This document shows, in pieces, positions 12,501-34,683 of a stretch of DNA of 64,000 nucleotides. How positions within the stretch are numbered: position 1 is the stretch's first letter; every line of letters starts with the position of its first letter. Source of the stretch: Piromyces finnis finn (taxonomy: Eukaryota; Fungi; Neocallimastigomycota); assembly GCA_002104945.1 (NCBI GenBank), contig MCFH01000014.1:186001-250000 (forward strand), in the 5' to 3' direction. The notes below the pieces were generated by a model, which was not told the origin of the DNA, did not search any database, and saw only the letters and a list, made by a program, of their open reading frames with translations. The position numbers and the translations under genes are program-made.

Positions 12501-14475
12501 TCTTTTGATATGTAACGAATATGATTAAAATTTTATTAAAGACAAAAACAAAAAAAAGTTTTATAATTTTTCTAGTATAATAGTAATAAAGATGTAAAGT
12601 TTTGTCAAGTTATAAAAAAAAAAAAAGAAATAAACGTAAATTTTTGACAATTTAAATCGTAAATAATAATTTTTATAAAATAAAAAATATAATACATCAA
12701 TAATATATCTGTATCTAGAAACAATTATTAGTTGCCTTAGCTGATGCTATCTCATCGAAAATGATCATAGAGTGAATAAAATAGTAATAGTAATAATAAT
12801 AATAATAATAAAAAAGGCTACAATATGAAATCAATAAATTTTATACCTTTATTATTTAAAAATTTTATAACTATTTTTTTTTATTCCTATCTATATTATT
12901 AACTTGACTATTATTATTGTTGTTGTTGTTATTGTTGCTATTACTAATCAATTTCTAGTGATTTAGTATTCAACAATTTATTTTTTTTTCCCTACTAATA
13001 CCCTTTTTTTTTTTTTCATTTTTGCTACACTTTTTTTAATATTTTTAAAAAAAAATGTATACACTTTACCATATATTATGCCTTATCTAAATTTTGGTAG
13101 TTTTGGTTTACAATTTTTAAATATGATTGGAAACAGATTAATATATTGAAATTTCCCCATCTTATACAAATTAAATATATTATTCAATATATTTTATATA
13201 TTTATTTTATACATAATTTTTCATTTTTATAACTTTACAAATACCAACAAAATTTTGTTTCAAATCCATTTTTGTATAAAGACGTTCTTTTTTTTTTTTA
13301 TTTTATATCATAATGTGTTATTTAAATATTAATGGATAAATAAAAAAAGCTTTTTCTGTTTTATGTATCATTTATATTTTTATTTTAATTATTATTAAAA
13401 AAAAAAAGATGACTTTTATAAAAACGAAACAATATAAATAATATATGTCAAATGAAAACTTTTCCATAATAATTTTTTTTTCTTAATTTAATCATATTAA
13501 TATTGTATTACTAATAAAATGCATTAGAAAAGAAAAATGCAATTTTTTATAATAAATAAAATTAATTATTGTTTCTATTTCTATTTTTAATCTATCAAAC
13601 CATTCTACCTTTAAAAAATGAATAATAAACTATTGAGGATGGAGTAATACTTTAGAGTTGATTCTATTTAACTGTGGTTTGTTTAAAATTTCTTTTAACT
13701 ATAGAGTCGTTATTATTATTTATTATTCACTTATTCATTCATCCTTGACTATTATTTGTAGATTGCTGAGTAATTGAGACCTTTTTTTTAAAAAAAAATT
13801 GGTACTACTAAATAGTCTAAATATTGGGTGGTGGGATAGGTAAGTCGATCAATATGAAAATAAATTAAAATTATGTAAATCTCATACATTAATCAACAAT
13901 GCTCTAATACAATTTGATTATACTTTTAATAAATTATTAATATATTATTTATATTGATTAGATTTTAGATTTTTTTTATTGTAAAACTGATACACCAATA
14001 TATTAATAATTATTTAATTTATTTTTTTTTTTGGTAGGAAATTTTCATTCCAAAAATGGTTTAATTAAAAAAAGACTGGGGAATATTTTTTTTTAACCTT
14101 TTTTACTGAAAAGGATGTATCATAGATACGTTGAAGTACTATGCTACTATGCTACTATGCTATTAAATATTATTACTTATTTTTATTAGTGTTATATATC
14201 TATTATTCTTCATTTATTCTTTATTTATTATTGTAATTTATTAAAATTGTTATATTTTAAATATTAATGGAATTAAAAAAACATTTTATAGATTATTTTT
14301 AGTATTTAAATAAATAAACTCTTTGGTTAGGAATGATTTATATAGATAATCAAGATGGTATATATACGATAGGAATACTTATAGTATATTATTATTATTA
14401 GTTTCAATAAAGCTTTTTTTTTTTTTTTTTTTTAAAAAAAAATAAAGTATTAACCAATTTAAACTGTTATTATTA

Positions 14476-14506
<31 letters not shown>

Positions 14507-14762
14507 TTTTTTATTCTAATCATTTTATTTATAAACTCATTTTTACTAATAAAAATATTAAAACAAAAAAAAATGGATAAGCCTAATCTTTACATCTACG
14601 AGAAAATATTGTTTATATTTATAATACTATCAAGTTTTTCATTTAAAGATAATTTAGAATTTATGAGAAATAGCTTCGATAATACAATTATTATTAATAT
14701 AAAATAGGCTTTTTTTTTATTATTATTTACCTTTACTCATTAAATATTTATAATATATTTAA

Positions 14763-14802
<40 letters not shown>

Positions 14803-15191
14803 CAAATTAGTTAATATTATTTAATATTTAATTAATAAATGAATAATAATAATACTATTGAATAAATTCCAGTTTAAAACAAGGATTAAAGATGCAGAAA
14901 TTAAAAATAAAATATAAGAGCAAGTAATAATAATTCTAAAAACTCTAAATATATCATTATATATATTATTAATGATTTTAATAAAAACCTTAATTCACAA
15001 GAAAAAAAAAAAAAAAAAAAAAGACAATAAATCATGATCTACATTTCAATACAAGAATCATTAGATAATTGTAGGAATAAATACATTAATTAATTAATTT
15101 CTCAATTTTTTTTTTCGAGTTTACCAAAAAAATAACCATTCCTTGGTGTTTTTTTATATAAAAAGATGTTCCTAAGAAATGACTTTTTTAT

Positions 15192-15250
15192 ATTTTTGTA
15201 TTTTTTTTACACCTATTCAATATTCAATAGGTGTAAAAAAATACAAAAAT
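15192..15250. repeat. Short inverted repeat / hairpin (arms about 26 bp, 8-nt loop)
   Basis: atttttgta(t8)acacctatt - caatattc - aataggtgt(a7)tacaaaaat. The arms are complementary except for one base in the homopolymer. Confidence 0.8.
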
Positions 15251-16861
15251 GTTTCCATTTGATGTGAGTGAAGATTTCTTTTATAATTAATAATAAAACT
15301 ATTTTATTAATATTATTCTAGAATAATAATACTACAATTATATTTATAGCATAAACGATTCATTGTTTCATATATAAAAGTGTGTTATAATTTAATTTAA
15401 ATATAAATAAAAATTTTAAAATTGTTTAAATCTTATTAACTTTAAATTTAATTAATTCTATATTTGTATATATTAATTGATAAAAAGAAAATAAATCATT
15501 AAAAAAAAAAAAAGAAAATATAATTGTTTGGACGATTCATTGTGCTTAAGAGAAAGGTACATTGGCTTTAAAATATAAGGTGTAAACTCTATTGATGATC
15601 ATATCAGTAATATATAAAAGATAAACACAACACAACTTGACTATAATAAAAAATTTGATAAACGATAAAGAAAATTAAAGTTTTTTTTTCTTAAAAAAAA
15701 GGTTTAAAAATATAATTAAAAGAGTTAAAAAAAAAGTGTTATCAAACAATATAATGATGAATAAACTCTATAAGAATTATATACATTAAATACTTTATGA
15801 ATTTCTTTAAAATATTGTAGATAATAAAAATAATATATAATGATAGAGTAAGATTTTTTTTAAAAAAAAAAAAGTATAATTTTATTTCAATTTCTAGAAA
15901 ATGGTATATATATAGGTAAAGTTACAATAAAACTCTAATAATAAAGGTTCAGTTCATTTTTAAGTAATTTTTTTTTACTAATTACTTGTTAATATAATTT
16001 GATAACTTTTAAAAACTTTAATTGTTATGAATAAATTACCAATCTTAAAGTTCTATTAGTAATACTGAGGAATAGTGATGATTATTTAATTAATATAATG
16101 ATAATTATTTTTTTGTCTTCTTACCTTTAGCCTGATAATACCTATAGTACTGTGTAGTAGTAGTAGTAATAGTAGTAGTAGTAGTTAGGTAAGATAGAAA
16201 TACTCCAAACCTTTATTAAATATTTTAATAAATAAAACTTATTGATTTTAATTAATTAATTAATTAAAAAGTTTCATTTAATAAATTAAATAAAATAAAT
16301 AAAAAAAATAATTAATAAAATTATTAATATATTAATCAATATTATTATACATATATTATATTATAATAAGATAAAATAAAATAATTTTATTTTCAAATAT
16401 TATATTTATACTAAAATATATATAATAATATAAAAGTTTAAATTTTTTTTTTAATTAATAATAATAAATAAGATGTATTAAAAAAAAAAAAAATAATAAT
16501 AATAATTAAAAAGAAGTTAGATTAATATATCATATATTAATTATATTAATTATTTCGACTATTTTTATATTATTTTATTCCATATATTTTATATATTATT
16601 GCTAATAATTTTTAATCTCTCATTAAGATAAAATAAATAGAAAAAAATGTTAGGAAAAGTTTAGAGAACAAGTAATAATCTAAAACATTAAAAAAAAATA
16701 ATAAATCGGATGAATAATCAAAATAAATATTAATGGATATAACAACAAATGAAATAATCTTTATATATTTATTAAACATGAAATTTAAATAATAATAAAG
16801 ACATTTATTTTTATTTTTTTAATATCAAAATCTATTACTACTTTTATTACACATAATATTC

Positions 16862-16893
<32 letters not shown>

Positions 16894-17777
16894 AAAAACA
16901 AACATTTACCAAAGAGTTTTTAATCAATTTTAATACGCATTTTTTTTTTTTCAATAAAAAAAAAATTAAAGTGTAGACATATTTTGTAAATTTTGTATTT
17001 ATCATTGTAAATTTCATTCTCATTTTTTATATATTTTTATATAGGTATTTATTAGAGCAAATTTAATTTAAAAAGAATATAAAAAAAAAATAAATAAATA
17101 AAAATTAGAGGAATATTCTTTAATATAGATATACACCAAATAAATATATTAATATCATAAAAAAACGAACAAACAAAAAACAGAAAAACAAAAATTTTCT
17201 TCACATTCCTATTTTTTAACGCATTATATATATATATATTTCCAAGTGAATAAAAATATTTTTTTTAAAATACAAATATAATAAATTTCAAAAAATTATA
17301 TATATTATATGATTTTTTACATATTCCATTTCTTAACTTGATTATAACAAAGAAAAAGAAAAATTAATTTTTTTTTCTTTTTGCAATATATTATTGTAAT
17401 GCTTTGTGTTTAAACTAAGAAAAGCTATTCCATTTTTTTTTTAAAAAGAGTACTTTATAAAAAATTGTTAATATATATATATATTTATAAAAAATAACGT
17501 ATTAAAAAAAAAAGTACCTTTTTTTAAAGTGTATGAAAATTATCGTAAAATAGCATTTTAAATTTTGATATTTTTTTTCTATATATTTTATATATATATT
17601 TAATTACATAAAAGAATTTATAATATACATTTAGAAGAGAAAAAAGTTTACAGTTTACAATAACTAATGATATTTAATAATATTTATAACTAAAGAAAAT
17701 ACATTGAAATAAAACATTTCCAAAAAAAAAAAAGAAAAAAGGTATAATTTTTTATTAAAAATTATAATACCGGTAAC

Positions 17778-25828
<8,051 letters not shown>

Positions 25829-26229
25829 AAATAATTTTTTTTTCTCCTTTTTTTTTTTTTTTCAATATTCTATTTTTAGGATATATGCAATATACTTGCT
25901 CAATTCATTCAACTCTTTAATTTTTCATGATTCATTACTATTACAAGGAAATATTTAATTTATATTATACAATATATATATTATATATATGTATCAAGAG
26001 ATGAACCAAATAAAACATCCACCATCAATAACAATAATAAAAATTTATCATATTCATAGAAAAAAAATAAAATTATTTTTAAATATATATATGTGGATAA
26101 TTATTATACCCATTTATTTTTATTATTTGAAATGTATATATAGATTAATAATCTATTAAAAAAAAAATTTTTTTTTTTTTTAAATATCAATTTAAAATAT
26201 ATCTTTTTTTTTTTTTTTTCTTTTTTCAC

Positions 26230-26267
<38 letters not shown>

Positions 26268-26501
26268 TCAAATTACTATTAAAAATATATATACACTTTT
26301 TTTTTTCTTCATACAATTTTTATTTCATTATTTTTTCAATAGTTTATCAAAATAAAAAAATATATATATATTTTTTTTTTCAGTAAATTAATTTTAAAAC
26401 TTCAATAAAATATACATTAATATATAAATTCATGGAAATAGAATATTTTACAAGAAAAAAAAAAACTAGTATAAATAATTTAAATCCTTTTTCTCTCAAT
26501 A

Positions 26502-26826
<325 letters not shown>

Positions 26827-27689
26827 TTAATGTTCAATTTTATTTTCAGTTTTATTTATTTTTTTTTAAAAAATTACTTTTTTCTTTTATTTTCTTTTTT
26901 TATTCTTATTTATATTTTATTTTTAAAAAATAATAAAAAGAAAAAAGTAATATATTTATATATATTACTCAATATTTATTGTAATAATAATATAACTTTA
27001 TATATCATTTTCCTTTTTTTTGTATTATTAAATGTTAATTTATTATAACTAATAAAGAAATAATAATTATTCAAATTTATTTCAATCCTTTTTTTTTTTT
27101 TTTTACCTATAAAAGATAGGTAAAGAAAAAAAAAATTTATTTTATAGTATAAATAACTATAAATTAAATATATATATATAATATATATATATATATCATT
27201 GTAGTTTGAGTCATCATAATTATACAACTAAAATTTTTTGACTTTAAATGGAATTAAAAATCAATACTATTATATAAAGACGAAATTATTAGTACTTGTT
27301 TTAACCGGCGGGGGGTTTTTTTTTTTTTAATATTTTTTGTATTTATTTTGATGGTTGTTTAAAATTATTGACTCTTTCTCATGTTCCTATTATTGTGTCA
27401 ATACTACTATCTATAAAGGATAATTTTAATAAAAAGTTTCACAATTAATCACCATGAAGGTATATAAAAAAGTTTTTTTTTTTTTTTTTTTTTAGACTAG
27501 GAAGATAATACACTTCTTTTTTTGTATTTATTTATTTAATTTATGAAATTACATGAATATTAGGTGATCATACATATTGATATAATAAATAATAAATGAA
27601 AATAATAAAAAATATATAAAAATATAAATATAAATATAAAATAAAATAATTATTTAAGTTATATAAAAGTTCAATGAACTCTACAATTT

Positions 27690-29760
27690 GTACTGTGTGG
27701 GATTGGTCCCTACCTAATAAATTAAATGAAATAAAAAAGAAAAGCAACATCAGGTAGGATAGTGTGGTGTCCCCTAAACTCTTCCATAAATTTAAAATAT
27801 TTTCATTTCGAAGAAAGACTAACATTAAACCCTGTATACGGAACATTAAGAATGCTCCTTTGCCATATCGGTACGACGCTGACGCTCTTGATGACGTTAG
27901 GTATTTTACTAAACCTATCAAAAAGTAGCTTCATTGAGCTACTAATAATAGGGATTGTTTTAGTAAGAATAGCCGCGAAACCCTCTACTTATGGAACATG
28001 AGACCCCGATGAACTGTAAAGCTGTTTATTCAAATGTCATTGTTCCGCTTTATCGATTTGTAGCTCATCATAAGCTAAAATTCCACCAAGAAGGAACGTA
28101 AAAATATAGTTATAAATTGTTTTTCTTACTTCCGTTTCGGGGAGTAAGTAAGGGATGAATTGATTTTTGTATTTATTATGAAAAAAGGGTAAAAAGATGG
28201 TCAAAAAAGCTAAGTGAAGAAGTTCTGTATTCAGAAAATGCAGAACATTCTAAAATTCAATGATAAAAAGATTGTTTATCATATTCGTAACATGAAAAGA
28301 CACGAAGGCAGTCAGGAGTAACCCTAATAATGGCAATAGCAATTCTGGTAGTGTTTTCATAACCGCATCGAATACAAATAATCCAAGTAATTTAAGTGAG
28401 GTTTGTTGAGACCGATAGGCATTATTAGGCGATTTGAATTAAGGAATTTGTTGTTTGTATATCTGTGGGCTTTATTTCCATTATTTAGGCTACACTTATT
28501 CTAATAATGTCCTCTAATATCTTTAGTACTTTTAATATTAATTTTTAAAAGTTTCTTATGTAGTGAATAAGATTCTTTGGCTCAAGAGTAATGAGATTGG
28601 ACGAGATTTTTAACAAAGCATTTCACTTGTTGTGAAGCACATATATCCAAAAGTGTTGTAATCCTTAAATCCCTTGTAAGAGCATACAGGCTAATAAATA
28701 AATTTCGTTCAAAAAAAAAAAAAAATTCTTATTATCTAGACTTTTATTATGAAAGCTATTGACATTCCATAAATCATCAGTATTGATAAGAGATTAGACT
28801 CTTCTAGTTCTATTTTTGTTGGAACCAAGTAATGGAGTATAATAAGAGACTTTACTTAAAATATAGGAATGAATGACTATATTTTTTAAATCAATAGGAA
28901 CAAATAAAGATTTTTGAACTTTTTTTGTACATGTTAGATAAAATAGGAGTTAGAGAAAGATCTTCGTCTAAAGGAATTCCAAAATAGGTATAGCAAGAAA
29001 CCTTTGGAATTGAGTACATACCGATATAAAATGTTTGATCTACATAACTAGAGGATCTATTAAAGTTGATAGGTTTAACAACAGTAGTTGTACACTTGTT
29101 TATTCCAAAAGTCATTTCATTTAAATTAACCCAATCAAGAACTAGATTAAGCATCTTTTGAAGGTCCTTCTTGCTAGGAGCAATTAGAACAATGTCATCA
29201 GCAAAAAGGCCACCACAGTAATGTTCATTTCCTAAACTAACACCAAGTCTTTCGCATTTATTTAAAATATCGTTTGATGAAGAGATTTAAATTGAATAGG
29301 AGAAAGAGGACATCCTTGTCTTACACCACGGTTGATAGGAAATTCATTAGAGAGCATATCCAATAAACGTGCACGAGCTTTAGAGGTAGAGTAGAGATTG
29401 TCAAAACATTTACCACAAATACCTAATTTATATAATGTTTATAAAGATATTGAATATAGGAACCGAGTTGTATACTTTTTTGAGGTCAAGGAAAGCAACA
29501 AAAATGACTTTTCCTTTAAACTTTCTTTTTTGACAGATTTTTCTAATAGAAATAAATAAGTTAATACATTCTTCCTTATTACGAAAATCAAATTGTTCGG
29601 GTCTGATAAAGTTATGAGAAAGAGCATACTTTGAAATTCTATCCGTTACGATTTTAAGGCCTACATTGATGAAAGGAATACTACAATAATTATTCTAGTT
29701 TGAAAGATCACCTTTCTTTGGAATAGAAACAATGAAAGCAGTGTTCCATTTCAAAGTATA
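27690..29760 (-). mobile_element. 5'-truncated, decayed non-LTR retrotransposon (LINE ORF2: RT, degenerate zinc knuckle and C-terminus)
   Basis: Minus-strand fragments: IVSIPKKGDLSN*NNY, RPEQFDFRNKEECI, PINRGVRQGCPLSP (about 29299-29340), YCGGLFADDIVLIAP (FADD at 29194-29205), WVNLNEMTFGINKC, YTYFGIPLDEDLSL, and WIICIRCGY..QSFYH*ILECSAF. Several stops and frameshifts; no endonuclease part present. Boundaries approximate. Confidence 0.9.
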
Positions 29761-30373
29761 TAAAAAAAGTGTTTGTTTTTATTTTACAATAATACTTTTT
29801 TAATTTTATTTCCATTTCTTTTTAAAGTATTTTTATTTTTTTTTTAAAACTGCCTTTTTACACACACACATATATATATATAATTTGGATAATTATCTTC
29901 CATATTATTATCACTAGAGTCCTATTAAAAATTCTATTAAAAGCTTTATTTTATTTTAATATAAAATTTATATATTTAAAAGGTTAATTCACATTAACTA
30001 TCTATCTAAATACTTTTCTAAATATTTTTTTTTATAGGCTATTATCTATATTTAAAAATGAATATACAACACACAACACACACTTTTTTATTTATAGAGG
30101 AAAATATATTATTATAACATATTGAATAGTTTTTTTTTTTTTTAATTTTTTTATTTATTTTATTTTTTTTTATTTGCTTGTTTTTATATATATGTGTTTT
30201 TTTTTTTTTTTAAAATTCTTTGTATGGTGCAACTATATGTATTGATTTTTTTCTTTTTTTTTTTGTTATTTTTTTTTCTTAAAAAAAATATATATTTAGG
30301 AATATATATTATATTTCCTTTAATAATTTTTTTTAAAGTTTTGATCTTTTTCCAATGGGAATTTTAAACTCAT

Positions 30374-30625
30374 TTAAAGTTCATCACGAGTCTTTGGAAT
30401 ACTTTCAACATTCTTAGTAGTAGACTTTGGAACTGGAGTCTTTAACTTCTTGGCAGCCTTCTTGGCTTCTTGAGCTGGAATGTATTCACTTGGTGGAGCC
30501 TTTGGAATACTGGCACTCTTAGCTGGCTTGACAGTACGCTTTGGTGGAAGTGATTCAGCAGCAGAAGCAAAAGTGATAAGAAGGACGAAAGCTAAGACAG
30601 CTAATAAAAGAGTTTTGGTATTCAT
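30374..30625 (-). CDS. 83-aa signal-peptide protein, Pro/Lys/Ala-rich, ending in the ER-retention-like RDEL
   Basis: MNTKTLLLAVLAFVLLITFASA signal peptide and C-terminal TRDEL*. GC content is clearly above the flanks, with GCT/CCA/AAG codon preference like the HisRS gene. Confidence 0.85.
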   Translation of the reverse strand: MNTKTLLLAVLAFVLLITFASAAESLPPKRTVKPAKSASIPKAPPSEYIPAQEAKKAAKKLKTPVPKSTTKNVESIPKTRDEL

Positions 30626-33120
30626 TTTGTTATTTCTATATTGATTTATTGATATTATTATTTATTGTTTTTATTTTGTTTATTTTTAATTTTTTATAAG
30701 TTTTTTATTATTTTAAATTTTTTATTTTTTTTTATATATTTTTGAAAATTGATAATTTTGTTTATATATGATAAATATTTAAAATTTGTTGTTTATATAT
30801 ATAAAATAAATATAATAATAATTAGTAATTTATTTTTATAATATTATTGTATATAAAATATCTTTAATTTTTATTGCTTTTTTTTTTTAACTTTTTTGAA
30901 TTTTCAATTGGCACTTTACTTACATTGTTTTTTTTTTATAAATAGGTTAATCTACAAAAAAATTTTTTTTGTTAAAGAAAAAAAGAAAAAAAATATTCTT
31001 TTTCTTCTATTTTATTTGGTTTATTTTTTTTATGGTTTTTTTTCAAGTTTACTTTTTTTTAAAAAAAAAACAATAGAATTAAATAATATATTAGGAATTG
31101 AATGGAATATAATATTAATTATATTGCATAACATATTACTTAATTATTTTAAATGGAATAACCTCTTTACTTTTTTTTTAATATAAACAATAATAAAATT
31201 ACTTTATTGATAGTTTAATTAATAAAGTATTTAAAATAATATATAAACAATATATCTTTTTTAAATCAAAGAATATATTGTAATATATATAAAGTTATTT
31301 GTAATAATTCAAACAAAAAAATTAATTTAAAAAGAAACCAATATTATTTTTATTAATCATCATCATTATTAAGAAAACAACCACCACGTAGCAGTAAGCC
31401 AGCCAGGTGTTTTTATTATTATTATTATTATTATCCTAATAAATATACACACAATAAATATGCTATATACTATATATATATATATTTTTTTAAAAAAAAG
31501 TATACTGTAGTAAAAAAATAAATAAATAAATAAACAAAAAACAAATTAAAATGAATTAACAAAACAATAACCAAAAACAAAAATAATTAAATATAATAAA
31601 TTACATTGCTCAGAGGATTGATAAAAGCTAAATAAAAATCAATAGAGTTGGGATTTATTGAAAAGTATTTTATATTTTGTAATACTTAATCCATTGTAAT
31701 AAAAAAAAAAAAAAGGTGTATATGATGAATGATTTTTAATCATAAAATAAAAATATATTACCAATACCTATAATAATTTTTCTTTTTTTTCTTTTTTTTA
31801 CAAATAACAAAAATATCTTTTTTTTTTTTAATTAATGAAAAAAAAAATTCTAATTTTATTTTCATTCAAATTATTCCTACCATAAATAAATAAATAATAA
31901 AATAATCCTCTAGAATAACAACATAATTAAACTTTAATTATTTTAATTAAAGTTAAAAAAAAGTTAAAACATTTCATGATTAAGGTGCGTTATTGTGACA
32001 TGAACATAAATTTATTAAAAAGTTCAATAAAAGTTGAATAAAAAGTTAGATTCAGATTCTATATGGTAATATTCCTTAAAGTAGGATAATTATTAATAGT
32101 TAAAAATCATTTATATATCATGATATTATAAATATCTTTTCATAATATTCTAATTATCCTCAACCACCGTTAACCTTAATGAAAAGAAATAATTTGGTAT
32201 TATTTTCTTTTAAATTACTTTAATGATAAAAAGAAAAATAATTATTCATCTCTTGAATAAATTCTGCTTGTTTTATTTTATTCATCATTTTTTTTTACTT
32301 CTTTTGACATATTATATATATAAAAAAAAACCGTTTATTATTATTACATGATTGACTGCTAAATTAAATTCATTTATTTTAAATGATTGTATATCAAAAA
32401 CAATATTATGACACCTTCCATAAAAGGTAATTACCATTATGATATAAATGATTAATTGTATTTATCATACCTACATATAAACTTTAATTATTATAATTTT
32501 AATTAGAAAAAAAAATATACAATATTAAAATAATATATTTGTGATAGATTAAAAAATCAAATAATTTATTTTTTTTTTAATTTAAAAAATAGATATAAAA
32601 ATGTATAATCCATCATTAATTTTGATAAAAAAAAAAAAAGACCTAATAATACTTTTCCACATTTTTTTTTAAAGGTTAATTAATTTACTAGAAAAAATAT
32701 TATATAAAATAATTCATTTCATGTCAACATCTATTATTTACATGTTTTTATTGTATTTAAATATTGTTTATTATTTTTTTATTAATTATGTTTTTTTTTT
32801 AATATTATATTTTAATTTATTATAAATTTATAATTTTTTATCTTTAACTTGTTGAGCATTATTGGTGTATTTATAAAAACTTTGAAAATAAAAAAAAATT
32901 TATATAAATAAGAATATTTGAAAATCAGTTTTTGTGAAAAAGTTTTTTTTTTTTTTTTTAATTTTCTATATATAATATATTTGATATATTGTATTGTATT
33001 ATTATTGTTTTTATTTTTTGTTTTTATTTTATTTTTTTTGTTGTGTTTTTTTTTTTTTTTTGTATTTATTTTTTTAGAGTATGAGGAAATTGATTAGAAA
33101 ATATATATACTAGTGTGAAA

Positions 33121-34652
33121 TTAAGTTGGAGTTGTGGCTGGTGCTGTTTCTTTACTTAATTCTAATTTTTCTTTATTCATTCTTTCTATAACTTGTTTAT
33201 TTCTGGTATTTTCTAAATTTGCCTTTTCTAAATCACATTGAAGATTCATTATTTGCATCTTTTAATGGCAATAACAACAGCAACAATAATAATAAAATAT
33301 AAAATCAAAAAAAAAAAAAAAATATATATAGATTTAAATATTAATTATTTTTACAATATTTTTTTATAATTATTTTGGATTTAATAAACTTACTTCTAAT
33401 TGGAGATTAATTTGTTTTACTCCTTGATATTTATCTTCCAAAATTTGAACTTGTTGATCAAATAATGATCTTTGACGATTAATAACTTCAGTCTATTAAT
33501 CATTTTTTATTTATTTATTTTTTAAAAAATAATTTATAATTAATAATATTATTATTATTTTTTTTTTGATTATTAAAATGTATAGGCGTTGTATATATGA
33601 AATATATTTACATATTCATTTTTGGAGCTTTCTTCTTTTTCATTACTTCTTTCCATATTAGCTATTTTGGTGATTAAACTATTATTTAAAGTATTCTTTT
33701 CACTATAAATTTTTAGAAAAAAAAATGTTTTTAATATTTACATCTTTTATATATAGAGTCTTTAACACTTAATATGGATTGACAGATTTATTACCTTAAG
33801 GCCAATTTAACATCAGTTAATTCCTTTTTGTAGGAATTTATAATCATTTCTAAATTGTAAATTTGGTTTGCCATTTCTTCCATTTGTTCTAAGGTGACTT
33901 CATTTGCTTCTGAATCATCTTCCCTATGAACAAAAATAATTCAAAGGATTGTTATTATTATTATTATGATAATGTCTTGATAACTGAAAAAAAAAAAAAG
34001 GCTTTATTATATATATATTTACCATAAAAGTAATTGTTTTGTTAATTGTTCAATTTGTTTTTCCATTTCTTCTTGTTTATTCATTTGTGGCTTAATAACA
34101 TTAATACAATTTTCTAATTGGAAAATCCTATTATATTTTTTAAATCATGATATAAAATAAAATGAAATATGTGGATTAAAACTTGCTATACCATTATATT
34201 ATATAATATATTATGTTAGAATTAAAATTAATGATGGATTACTTTTCATTTGCTTGGTCTAATCTATTTTTTTGATTATTGATAATATTCTTTAAAATAA
34301 ATTAAAAAAATATTTATTATTAATAATAAAAAATAAAATTATAGGTTCATTATAATATTTATAGTTTTATGCCATCCTAGTGCCACACAACTACATACTT
34401 CACATTCTAATAAATGATCCTTTAATCTTGCAATTGTATCAACCGATTCAGCATTCTTTTTCGATAAACTATATAATTGCTGGGTTAACCCTTCTTGATA
34501 AGAATTATATCTATCTTTTATTGCATGTAATTCTACTCTTTGACAATCAAGCTGTTCTTGTAAATAAATAATTTCTTGATTTTGGTATTTTGCTTTATCA
34601 ATCTATTAAAAAAAAAAAAATAATAATTTTATATTGGAATATATAAATATTA

Positions 34653-34683
<31 letters not shown>

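Noticed and set aside
16075-16135. Possible C/D snoRNA (GTGATGA ... CTGA)
   Set aside because: No terminal stem, a near-pure AT interior and no recognisable rRNA guide. The segment is better explained as an intron 3' end.
27568-28001. ORFs 27568-27921 (-) and 27762-28001 (+) as independent genes
   Set aside because: They are alternative frames over the decayed LINE 3' region.
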